Assembly: GCA_008369845.1 (NCBI GenBank)
Contig: MRSU01010299.1
Location: forward strand, 1-35,791
Direction: 5' to 3'
DNA length: 35,791 bases
Source of the DNA: Trichomonas gallinae
Lineage: Eukaryota
Below the pieces are notes generated by a model that searched no databases, had not been told where the DNA came from, and was given only the letters and a program-made list of their open reading frames with translations. Made by a program: the position numbers and the translations under genes. Shown piece by piece: positions 1-9,177 of the stretch. The first letter of the stretch is position 1. Each line of letters starts with the position of its first letter.

Positions 1-168
1 GTTGCTACAGATCTTGGTGCTAACCTTCGTTCTGAAATCGAGCGTATGAAGAAGATGAGAATGAAACGTGGTATCCGCCACGGTCTCGGCCTCAAAGTTC
101 GTGGTCAGTCCACAAAGTCTACAGGCCGTAAGGGTGGTGCTCTTGGTGTCGAGCGCAAGAAAGACTAA
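1..168 (+). CDS. RPS18: 40S ribosomal protein S18 (uS13), 3' end; 5'-truncated by the window edge
   Basis: Frame 1 reads VATDLGANLRSEIERMKKMRMKRGIRHGLGLKVRGQSTKSTGRKGGALGVERKKD*, matching the uS13 C-terminal RGxRHxxGLxVRGQxTKxTGR motif. Codon usage is strongly biased. The TAA stop at 166-168 forms TAAA, the trichomonad poly(A) signal. Not in the ORF track. Confidence 0.96.
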   Translation, partial: VATDLGANLRSEIERMKKMRMKRGIRHGLGLKVRGQSTKSTGRKGGALGVERKKD

Positions 169-588
169 ACTGGCATGAAAACATAATATTACAAACCTTC
201 TCCATATTAAATAAAAAAGAAATATATATACACTCAAAATCCAAGTTTTCATCACTAATTCTTTCCCAAATTTAATTTTTTTATTGATACTTTTCATTGA
301 TTGCTCATTTATGGCTTTAAGCATTCAGGACATCAAGCAAATCGTCTTTTGCCTATAAATACATATTGTTGTTTAAGATATATTTTTTTCATTTATTAAT
401 TATCGAAATTATCTAAATTAATCTTATGGGTTATTATATATTACAGCAAGATAATATGTATGTTAATTCATTATCACTAAATTTTTTAGATATGATATTG
501 AATTATAATTTTAGAAGGTAACATGTGATTTTAAACTCGAATTTTTAAACAATCTATATAAATAAAAAATAACATTCTATAAAATATA

Positions 589-1743
589 TTATGGAACATA
601 AGCAATAATTGCTTTGATTTCTTTCGCCATCAATTCGTCATCTTTGAGCACGTTTTTCGTTGACTTGATGACTGGGCCCAAATCAGACTGTGCAATCGTT
701 TCGTAAACATCATCTTTGTCTCCTGGACTCAGAAGCGATGTTAAAGATTGAAACTGTTTGAAGTAGTATCTAGACTCTTTGTAGTCAAGCATCAGCATCG
801 CGTTCAGCCACTTCGCTGACACCTCTGATAGTTTCGTCATATATCTAATATCTATCTGCTCTGTGCAAATGTTTTTCTTCGCGAACATTAAAACATCAAT
901 GTTATCTGACTTTTCTGCGCATTCTATTGCTTCTTTCTTGAAGAATGGGTGTCTGTTTGCATTCCTTTCAAGAATTTGGAACTTCTTTGGCTCATTTGGA
1001 AGATCATGAATTTGTTTTGAAAAATCTAATCCTGTTTTTATCATGAGTTCGATGCATGCTTGAAGCTGTGCAAGCGAAAGATGTGTTGAATAGAATTCTG
1101 CTTGTATTATTCTGTAGAAACGACGAATTGGAGCAATTAACAAATCCGGGAAATTTCCATTACTATCAAGTTCAACCATACTTTGTAAACATTTATACAA
1201 GGACTCTGCGTATTCGAAATGCGTAGCATTTTGATTGATTAAATGCGCAAATGTCGTGAAAAATAATCTAATTGTATTTTTTCTAAGTCTGATATAGTTT
1301 TTATGACCAAAATCAGACCATCTGATTCTTCTAAGCATCTCTAATTCCAAATTAAACGCGATTGAAAAATCAGGCGTGATTTGTTCTGATTTTGCGCCTT
1401 CTACATCTAACCCACCTCTTATTTGTATATAAGATATGATGTCTCCGATCATTTCATTGATTTTGTTTTCTTTTTCTTGAGGATCAATATTTGTTGGTCG
1501 ATTGTTTGCAATATCCATCAATAATTTGATATATTCGTCCAACTCTTTGTTAATTAGATCAACACTTTGCTGCCATGATGCTTGAACAAGAGAATTTTTC
1601 ACGATACTTACAATATTGCTGATAGTTTGAGGGTTTGTAATATTCTTATCGAGTACATTTTTGAGTTCTTCGATGACTTCTTCTGAATTAAACGTTGAAA
1701 AAAGACATGCATCATTAATTTCATGATATGATGGCTGCGCCAT
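589..1743 (-). CDS. Hypothetical protein, 384 aa, probably alpha-helical
   Basis: Long uninterrupted ORF with coding-like composition between AT-rich spacers; no motif recognised. Confidence 0.85.
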   Translation of the reverse strand: MAQPSYHEINDACLFSTFNSEEVIEELKNVLDKNITNPQTISNIVSIVKNSLVQASWQQSVDLINKELDEYIKLLMDIANNRPTNIDPQEKENKINEMIGDIISYIQIRGGLDVEGAKSEQITPDFSIAFNLELEMLRRIRWSDFGHKNYIRLRKNTIRLFFTTFAHLINQNATHFEYAESLYKCLQSMVELDSNGNFPDLLIAPIRRFYRIIQAEFYSTHLSLAQLQACIELMIKTGLDFSKQIHDLPNEPKKFQILERNANRHPFFKKEAIECAEKSDNIDVLMFAKKNICTEQIDIRYMTKLSEVSAKWLNAMLMLDYKESRYYFKQFQSLTSLLSPGDKDDVYETIAQSDLGPVIKSTKNVLKDDELMAKEIKAIIAYVP

Positions 1744-2205
1744 AATTTTTTTTTATTAGTTTAGGGTCTCCCCTAATTTGTTTATTTTTTGATAATAAAA
1801 TGTTTACATGACAAATTTTAATTAAAATCAATCATTATCAACGATAATATGAACGCTACAGGATGGTACAATTACGAATTCATTAGATTTCAACATATCT
1901 AATTGGAAAAATTAATAAATCATTTATTTAGCTCATCTTCAATTTCAATACACATTCTAGCTGATTTTTATGGTCTATTTACTCGTAAATACTGGAAAGA
2001 TATCAATGTGTGAAACTATATTTGTTTATGAACAAGTGATAAGTGGAAATTGAAGCAGATTTCATCCGAAAAATGAGGAAGCATTAGAAAGCAGAATGAT
2101 GCTTCCGTTGCAATTAAATACAAGAAATTTTCTTGACTAATTAATTCTTAAGGCAAAAATCAATATTATCATAAAAACTAACGAATAATGAAGAATATAT
2201 CATTT

Positions 2206-2715
2206 CTATTGCATTGTTATGTCCGCATTTTGATTTGAATTTTGATTGGGGAAAATTTCTTGTAACAAAATTGGGATCTGTGTATCTATCGCTATATTCG
2301 GTGCGTTTTTCTGCTTTTCACGGCTATTTTTAGTGACCCATCTATTTTTAACATTATTATCTGTTCGAGATTTGAAAAATTGGGCTATTTGTGCCCATTT
2401 AGGCCCTAATTCATTGTATTTCATAACCAAAAGAGCATCTTCTTCCTCTGTCCATGGACCATTTTCAACACCAGACAAATATTTTTTCCATCTATCACGG
2501 CATTGTCTTGATGATCTTCCTGGAACTTCTGCAGCAATTGCATTCCAATCGTATGGGCCTAATTTGGCAATAGCTTGTTTCAACAGTTCATCTTCGAAAG
2601 ATGAGAACTTATGTCTTGAAATTGCTTTTTTATTTCCATCTTTAACGACATCAGGCACAACCTGCATCAAATACTGGAGTGCTGCATCAACTGGATTCGG
2701 GTTGCTTTCTTCCAT
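2206..2715 (-). CDS. R2R3 Myb-like DNA-binding protein (169 aa)
   Basis: Two Myb repeats: FSSFEDELL..WNAIAAEVPGRSSRQCRDRW and WTEEEDALL..GPKWAQIAQFFKSRTDNNVKNRW. Start moved from the TTG at 2790 to the first ATG at 2715 (MEESN). Confidence 0.95.
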   Translation of the reverse strand: MEESNPNPVDAALQYLMQVVPDVVKDGNKKAISRHKFSSFEDELLKQAIAKLGPYDWNAIAAEVPGRSSRQCRDRWKKYLSGVENGPWTEEEDALLVMKYNELGPKWAQIAQFFKSRTDNNVKNRWVTKNSREKQKNAPNIAIDTQIPILLQEIFPNQNSNQNADITMQ

Positions 2716-2734
2716 ATTAAAATTTTTTTTTAAA

Positions 2735-2739
2735 AAAGG
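2735..2739 (-). promoter_or_regulatory. CCTTT (M5-type) core promoter element of the Myb gene
   Basis: CCTTT lies 20 nt upstream of ATG 2715 with no TCAYW initiator in between; matches the T. vaginalis M5 initiator-like motif. Confidence 0.5.
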
Positions 2740-3699
2740 TTTTTGACATGGTTGACAAAAATTGCCATGTAAATAAGAAAAATTTGACAAAACGGATTAT
2801 AATTTTTCATTGCATTCTATATCCATATCAGAGCATGAGCCAAGGCTAATCGAATCTCTCTTTTATGTGAGAAATAAACAAGATTCAATATTCTTCTTTT
2901 TGTGATGATGTAAAAGATGCGAAAATTCATTGAGCTAAATCAATATAGTAGATAATAAATGAGATTTAGTTTCTCTCATTCTATTAGAGTATATAGTGTA
3001 TTATCATATTTACCTACTAAATTTGCTTGGATCTAATCACCTACGTCACAAGACATCGAAAATTAACCAGGTGGATTTTTGTCAAAAATCAGAAGAATAA
3101 CTTCCTAACATTTCATGGAACAAGATTGATAAGGCGGTTTGAAAACCAATTAACGAGCCAGGAAATTCGTGACAACTCATGGATAATTATATCTTAGTAA
3201 GCGAAATTTTTTGTTCATATTCAATTTTACATGTCAAAATTAATTCGAAATCTGACCTGTAAAAACTTTTCGGATTTGCAAATATGAATATCAAACAATG
3301 TTATAAGCAAATTTGTTGATCAAAACGGGATTTGTCAAAAATTGTTGGGAAACATGATTTTAATGATAGTTTCCGCATGCATACAGTTCCATTACAACGA
3401 AAATAGCATCCAAACTGAAAAAAAGATAATGAAAAAAATTGAGTACATATCTTTCAAAATTTTTGAATGTAAATACGTTATTGTTATTAATTATTTCTCT
3501 ATTTTTCTAAATAATTCCATTAAACCAGTATTTTTGTGAAAAGATTTAAAACAACAAAGAAAATCTTATTTTGATTAATACATGGTACATATCAATATTT
3601 TAGGATTAGAAAATTTTCAATACTGTTTTTTAAAAAATACACAAACAATAAAATTATAGTTGCCTATGCATGATAGATTAATATTTTTAATAGAATTAC

Positions 3700-3704
3700 T
3701 CATT
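3700..3704 (+). promoter_or_regulatory. Initiator (Inr) TCATT
   Basis: TCATT immediately upstream of ATG 3707; fits the trichomonad Inr consensus TCA(Y)W. Confidence 0.55.
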
Positions 3705-3706
3705 CA

Positions 3707-6700
3707 ATGATAAATCCAGGTGAGAGATTTGATGCTTTTTCATCAAATCGTCTCAACAAGAAAGATAGTGGATTTTCTTATCAGTTGTCGTCAACTTGCA
3801 CACTAGGACCAAGAAAATACGCTATCTTTACATTTTTTCATTTATTGAATCGATCTGTAACGAGTGCTCCGTGGTTATTTCACTTATCACTCATTTTTAT
3901 GCTATTACAAGTGCTTTCTGCAGCAACCGAGCCTTACAATTCCTACATATGGAGACAAGATAACAAAAAACTCAAAATGTTCTTAAAAGTAATGACAATT
4001 ATATTCAGATACGTACCAAATAACGCTTCAATGCTTGCTGAAAGTATCGTTTTCGGAATTATTGCCTTATTTACATTTTGTCACTTATTTTTGTTCCTTT
4101 CTATTATAATAACACTAAGGAAGAAGAAAAACATTACGATGCAATTGAAAGTTTTCTTTGTTTACAGTTTTGTGATTGTTCCAATCTTCAGATCATGTTC
4201 AATTTCAATTACTGCAAGGCATTTACGATTAATTGTTGAAAAGCCTTCAATGACAAACTTCTTTTTATCAGCTTGTGCTTTACTAGTTTTAAGTACGATA
4301 TATTTCATGACAGCTCTTTGTACATTTGCATTAGGATCATCTCCATCACCTAGAATCGCCAATCCATTAGCAATTTGGGCACCAAACACATGGGAAAACG
4401 TTCAATTTGACATATTAGTTTTGATATGCATGACAATCATCGAATTAGAATGCAATGCCACCGGATTAGTTATATCTATACTCTTAATTGTTAGGCTAGC
4501 TATCCTATTAAGCTTGATTTTCTTACATATTCCCAAAATTTATTTTCTCACACTGCGAGCATATGAATTTGTCAGTGCAATTTTCCTCACATTTGATACT
4601 TATCTGATATTCTTGATCATTCTTTCATTCAAACCTGATTTAATTCCATATTGGATTTTAATTACTCTTTGGTGCGTAATTCCTGTCTTATATTTCTCAA
4701 TTCTCAAGGCAATAAATTTTGTAAGAGTAAGGAAAACATTGGTTAAACTCAAGAATCTCAAAACGCTCGATTTATCGCCTAAACCTTCGAATGATTCATC
4801 GGATGAATTTCTGCAGACATACACAGACTTAAATCTCGGCAAAGACTGGGATGCGCTCTTCGCAGTCAGGATAGCATGCGTCTATGGACTGGACTGCTTC
4901 GCGAACGGTTCATTGATAAGGTTTGTTATGCACACATACGAAAGTCTGCAGTTTAACATGCTTTACATGTCATATTTCATTCCTGATAATCTTACTTATG
5001 TTAAATCTCAGATAGATTCATACTTATCAAGAAAGAATCCGTCACTAGTGGAAAGTGCAATAATTTTCCAGCTGATCACATCAATACAGGAATCATCAAA
5101 CGAACTGAGCCAGGAGATGTCTCAAGAAATTTCGAAGCAAATTTTAAACACGATGAAATGCGAACAGTTTTTGTCTAAATTCTGGGCCGGATGCTATAAA
5201 GGCGACATTTCTCAAATGAGCAGATCAACTTACAACCTTTACCAGAATTTGGCTGATGTATCAGAGGACTGGAAGCAGTTAGTCGTTAGATATCCATATT
5301 CAGTTCCTTTATTAGTCGAATATCTCAAGTTTTTGATAGGAATAGGAAGTCAACACAAACTTGCTGAGTCAATATTATCTGTTCATCCTAAATTAAATGA
5401 AAATATTTTGAGCTCGCTTCAAGAAACAAGTGGAGAGATAAACAGCGTTGTTCTTCACGAAAGTATTGAAGCAGCAGTCGACAGGCGGCCGATTTTAAGT
5501 TTCTATCATGTCAAACTTCGCCTTTTAGCAACAATTATTTGCGCATTTCTATTCAACATCGCAGCAATTATATTAGCTTTTATCTTCTTCGCTAAGTGCT
5601 CGGGCGCTGGCAGTTATCTATATTATTCAGACACAACGTGTAATTTATTGGCACATTCAGTGAATTTGCTTGAGAAAATCGAAACAAATGCAACAAATGG
5701 ACGAGAAACATTCTTCAATCATTCGAAACAGTTGGATCTTTCTATAACAAATTTACTCAAAGTTATGCCTGACAACATCCTAAGGAATTCATCTGGCTTG
5801 GATTACACGATGTCAGTGAAAGTCAACGAGTATCAAAGCACGAATCAAACAGGTATGGTTAAATTTTTAAGATTGTATTCTTATTATACTAGATCAGTGG
5901 CTTTCGTCCCTTATGATGATGATCTAGTTAACTTGATGAGAATCAATACTTTTAATATAACATATTCAGTATTTTTAGCATCAAATGACGAACTCTACAC
6001 GATTCAAAGTCTGATAGGGAAAGGCAACAGATTCATTCCTTTCTTTTACGGGTCAATATGGGCCTTCACTATTATTATAATGATTCCTTTGATTTTCTCC
6101 GGAATACAAAGAATGAAGAGTGAAATGAAATACATTTTTAATCTTTATTTAACAATTCCAAGATCAGTTATCAGCGAATTCATGGAACAGAAAAAGAGTA
6201 GCAACAACAATCCAACGAATCTACCTAACCAATTTGTAAACTCAGCGTATAATCTTGCCGAAGACAAAGAAAAAGAATCAGGATATGAAAATTTCAGCGA
6301 TAACAGAGCAATAGAGAACTTAAAGCTGCTTGTTCACGATCAATCATCTACATCATCAGTTATACCAACAAGATTTGTGCTCAAAATATGGTTCATTTTA
6401 TTCGGAATCACTTTTATGTTATTAATATCAGCTACAGTTGAAGTTGTTTTATTTACAGATTTCGTATCAGAAATCATGCTTTCTCTCCGAACACTACAGT
6501 ACCTTGCAAGAAGAACACTTGGCATTTCTGTTGCTTTACAGGGCATTTTATCTAATTTCACTCTGTTCCCTTATGATTATTGCCAGCAAAGACTACAAGC
6601 AGCAAAAGATTTCAATTCGATTTTGTTGTTGGCGACTGACACAAAAATCATATCGAAAAAGTTTTTGTCATCAGACTCAATTCACAGTCTTGTTCATGAT

Positions 6701-8155
6701 CCAAAGTGTAGCAACCAGTCTGATATTTGCTGCTGGTCATTCGCCAATTTAATTGACTACTTCTTCATTACAGCGACGAAATTATACAATGACACTTATA
6801 AAGAAGATGAAGTGCGAAGATTGTCGAATTTCTATAACGATCTTCTTTATCCTCTTTCTTATAAGTTGCATGAGGATGGATACTACTTCATTTTGAACCA
6901 GTTTACGCTAGAAAAAACTATTTTGTTAAGTATTTTCTTTGTTGTATTTTTCGTTGTTTTGATTTCATCGATTGGCTTCGTCAGACACATTTTGCATGAA
7001 CTTGATGCAACAATTGCTGCTGTTAAACTGCCAATGAAGTACATTCCACCTATTAAAGTACCAGATCTGCCCAGAATCATGCAGTATTTACAAGGAGAAG
7101 CAGACTGGCGAAAAGGGTCAAACGCAAATGAATCAAAAGACGAAAGAGTAGGAAATTATTTGAATATCATAGAATATCCACACGCTTTGTTTGAAGAAGA
7201 CAAAACTCTTTTATACGCAAATCCACCATTTTACAATTTAATTGGAGCGCCAAGGGAAGCCTGCATTGGTTTGAGCTTGGAAGCGATATTCTCAAGACTG
7301 ATGAATTTCACAACAGACCAGAATCATCCTTTTAACCAAGTCATTAAATTTTTCGACACGAAACAAAGTCAAGCAACATGCGTCAAAATATCAACATCAT
7401 TCGAAAGACCTGGCAAGAAATCAAAGAATGTTGAGATAAGAGCAAGCATTATTAATGGAGAAGATGGAAAACACGTTTTCATGCTGAATTTTGAAGACTT
7501 AAGTAATCACGATATGTTGGAAGAAATGTCTAGATACGAAAGACAACTTGCTGAGAGTTTGAAGCACAATTCAATTGCTGTACCACTTCTCAATGCATTA
7601 TCTAATGGAAGTGAAATAGTTCCTAAGCGTTTTTCGATGGCAACAATTGCTTCATTCTCGATATCATACGCGTCAGTGAGAGATGAATATGATGGACAAA
7701 TTGCTGACGGTTGTTCACTTTTCTTGAGATCACAGAGAGAAGTTGGCGCTGTTTTTCCATCAATTGTATTACTGCAGCAAGAGCCACCTCAGTTTTCTTA
7801 TTTGAACATTCCAGATGAATCAGATTCAATTGATGTTCAAGCGATACAAATGGTTCATTTCATCAACGCAATCATTAACTCTTTCAACTCTGCTACACAG
7901 AAATTCAAGATTTCTGTAATGATGAATGTTGGAGAAGTTCAAGTCATTCCTATGAAGACGAAGCTTCCTGTTATCGAAGCATTCGGAGATGGTTACAAAT
8001 CGTTAATTCACACACGCCAAAAGATTAAATACTTAGGAAAATTCTTTGTTACAAAATCAGCTGCAAAGCTTTTATCTGATCTGAACAGCATCACGCTAAC
8101 AGAAGACAGCGAAACGAACTTAGTTATTGTTAGTTCAAAACATTATGATGAATAA
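3707..8155 (+). CDS. Multi-pass transmembrane adenylyl/guanylyl cyclase-family protein with a PAS domain and a degenerate class III cyclase domain (1482 aa)
   Basis: Many N-terminal TM helices, a helical region (WKQLVVRYPYS..EYLKFL), further TM pairs, a PAS-like segment (LFEEDKTLLYANPPFYNLIG..IGLSL) and a C-terminal cyclase-like pattern (ATIASFSIS; ISVMMNVGEV; PVIEAFGD). Architecture matches the trichomonad TM cyclase family. Confidence 0.85.
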   Translation: MINPGERFDAFSSNRLNKKDSGFSYQLSSTCTLGPRKYAIFTFFHLLNRSVTSAPWLFHLSLIFMLLQVLSAATEPYNSYIWRQDNKKLKMFLKVMTIIFRYVPNNASMLAESIVFGIIALFTFCHLFLFLSIIITLRKKKNITMQLKVFFVYSFVIVPIFRSCSISITARHLRLIVEKPSMTNFFLSACALLVLSTIYFMTALCTFALGSSPSPRIANPLAIWAPNTWENVQFDILVLICMTIIELECNATGLVISILLIVRLAILLSLIFLHIPKIYFLTLRAYEFVSAIFLTFDTYLIFLIILSFKPDLIPYWILITLWCVIPVLYFSILKAINFVRVRKTLVKLKNLKTLDLSPKPSNDSSDEFLQTYTDLNLGKDWDALFAVRIACVYGLDCFANGSLIRFVMHTYESLQFNMLYMSYFIPDNLTYVKSQIDSYLSRKNPSLVESAIIFQLITSIQESSNELSQEMSQEISKQILNTMKCEQFLSKFWAGCYKGDISQMSRSTYNLYQNLADVSEDWKQLVVRYPYSVPLLVEYLKFLIGIGSQHKLAESILSVHPKLNENILSSLQETSGEINSVVLHESIEAAVDRRPILSFYHVKLRLLATIICAFLFNIAAIILAFIFFAKCSGAGSYLYYSDTTCNLLAHSVNLLEKIETNATNGRETFFNHSKQLDLSITNLLKVMPDNILRNSSGLDYTMSVKVNEYQSTNQTGMVKFLRLYSYYTRSVAFVPYDDDLVNLMRINTFNITYSVFLASNDELYTIQSLIGKGNRFIPFFYGSIWAFTIIIMIPLIFSGIQRMKSEMKYIFNLYLTIPRSVISEFMEQKKSSNNNPTNLPNQFVNSAYNLAEDKEKESGYENFSDNRAIENLKLLVHDQSSTSSVIPTRFVLKIWFILFGITFMLLISATVEVVLFTDFVSEIMLSLRTLQYLARRTLGISVALQGILSNFTLFPYDYCQQRLQAAKDFNSILLLATDTKIISKKFLSSDSIHSLVHDPKCSNQSDICCWSFANLIDYFFITATKLYNDTYKEDEVRRLSNFYNDLLYPLSYKLHEDGYYFILNQFTLEKTILLSIFFVVFFVVLISSIGFVRHILHELDATIAAVKLPMKYIPPIKVPDLPRIMQYLQGEADWRKGSNANESKDERVGNYLNIIEYPHALFEEDKTLLYANPPFYNLIGAPREACIGLSLEAIFSRLMNFTTDQNHPFNQVIKFFDTKQSQATCVKISTSFERPGKKSKNVEIRASIINGEDGKHVFMLNFEDLSNHDMLEEMSRYERQLAESLKHNSIAVPLLNALSNGSEIVPKRFSMATIASFSISYASVRDEYDGQIADGCSLFLRSQREVGAVFPSIVLLQQEPPQFSYLNIPDESDSIDVQAIQMVHFINAIINSFNSATQKFKISVMMNVGEVQVIPMKTKLPVIEAFGDGYKSLIHTRQKIKYLGKFFVTKSAAKLLSDLNSITLTEDSETNLVIVSSKHYDE

Positions 8156-8220
8156 TATAGATTTGTATTTGTTTATAATAAATTATATGTTTTATTTCAA
8201 GTATAAGTTGAATTATAGTA

Positions 8221-8868
8221 TTAAATATATATAATAACTATTATTACAAAAATCCTAAGGGAAGTTCTGAAACTTGGTCAAAGGAAGCCTATGAAATTCT
8301 TCAGCGTATCATAAAAGAAAAAGATTTCGATGCTATGCAATTTATTGTCAAAGAGAAATACAAGGCTAAGCGATTTAGTCAAGTAATTTTTGAAAATGCA
8401 TTAATTGTTGATAAATTTCAATATACTCGTTTTATAATGGAAATTGATAGAAATGCCTATTTAATTCATTTTATAGTGGAAAAAATGTCATCCAACATTC
8501 GCTTTGTGAAATTTATTATCAAGTCTCATTACTTTAATATTTATCAGTTTCTATTTAGTACCTGTCTAAATGGTCATTAATAAGTTATCAAACTCATTCT
8601 CACTGTTAATGATATAGATATCAACGCAATAGATTGTAAATACAAAAGTACAGCTTTGATTTTTGCTTCATTAAACGGTCAGTATGAAATTGTCAAACTC
8701 ATCCTCGGAGTTTTTGGAATAAATGCCAACGCAAACAATTGTTGCAGCAAAACAGCTTTGATTTGTGCAGCAAAAAATGGTCATCATGAAGATGTCAAAC
8801 TCTTCCTCACTGTTCCAGGAATAGATGCCAATAAGGAAGACATTGACAACAGAGAACTTTTCCTTTAA
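8221..8868 (+). pseudogene. Ankyrin-repeat gene relic
   Basis: ORF-track pieces 8335-8580 and 8656-8868 are in one frame separated by TAA TAA (8578-8583): ..CLNGH**VIKLILTVNDIDINAIDCKYKSTALIFASLNGQYEIVKLIL..KTALICAAKNGHHEDVKLFL. The frame is open from about 8212 without an ATG; 5' boundary approximate. Confidence 0.8.
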
Positions 8869-9177
8869 GATTGAGGTTTTGAAAAGATACAAAGAATTAT
8901 TGCGAAATTATTTTTAGTTTTTTGATTTTTATGAACTAACATCAAAAATATATTAATAACAACAACATATTATGCATATGCATATAGTTTACATATGAAC
9001 ACAGCTTAAATATAATATCTGCAATTTTTTTTGATAAATTTCAACAGTAAAATGAGATTTTGATCAAATTTTTCAATATTTTGCAACTATTCATTGATTA
9101 AATACGAATACTTTAATAATTTGATCGAAATAAAATTTGCAGGGGAATGAAAAGTGCAATAACCCTTCATAAAAATA

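Noticed and set aside
2000..2017. ATATCAATGTGTGA shared with about 31083
   Set aside because: Single 14-nt match in AT-rich DNA without extended similarity.
2246..2746. 166-aa + strand ORF, and the many other short ORFs nested in or antisense to long genes (e.g. 4162-4389, 11172-11474, 13625-13927, 24451-24783, 34691-35008)
   Set aside because: Shadow frames of well-supported genes with no motifs of their own.
8578..8583. TAA reassignment (alternative genetic code) as an explanation for in-frame stops
   Set aside because: TAA terminates conserved genes here at their expected ends (RPS18, cyclophilin), so the standard code applies.
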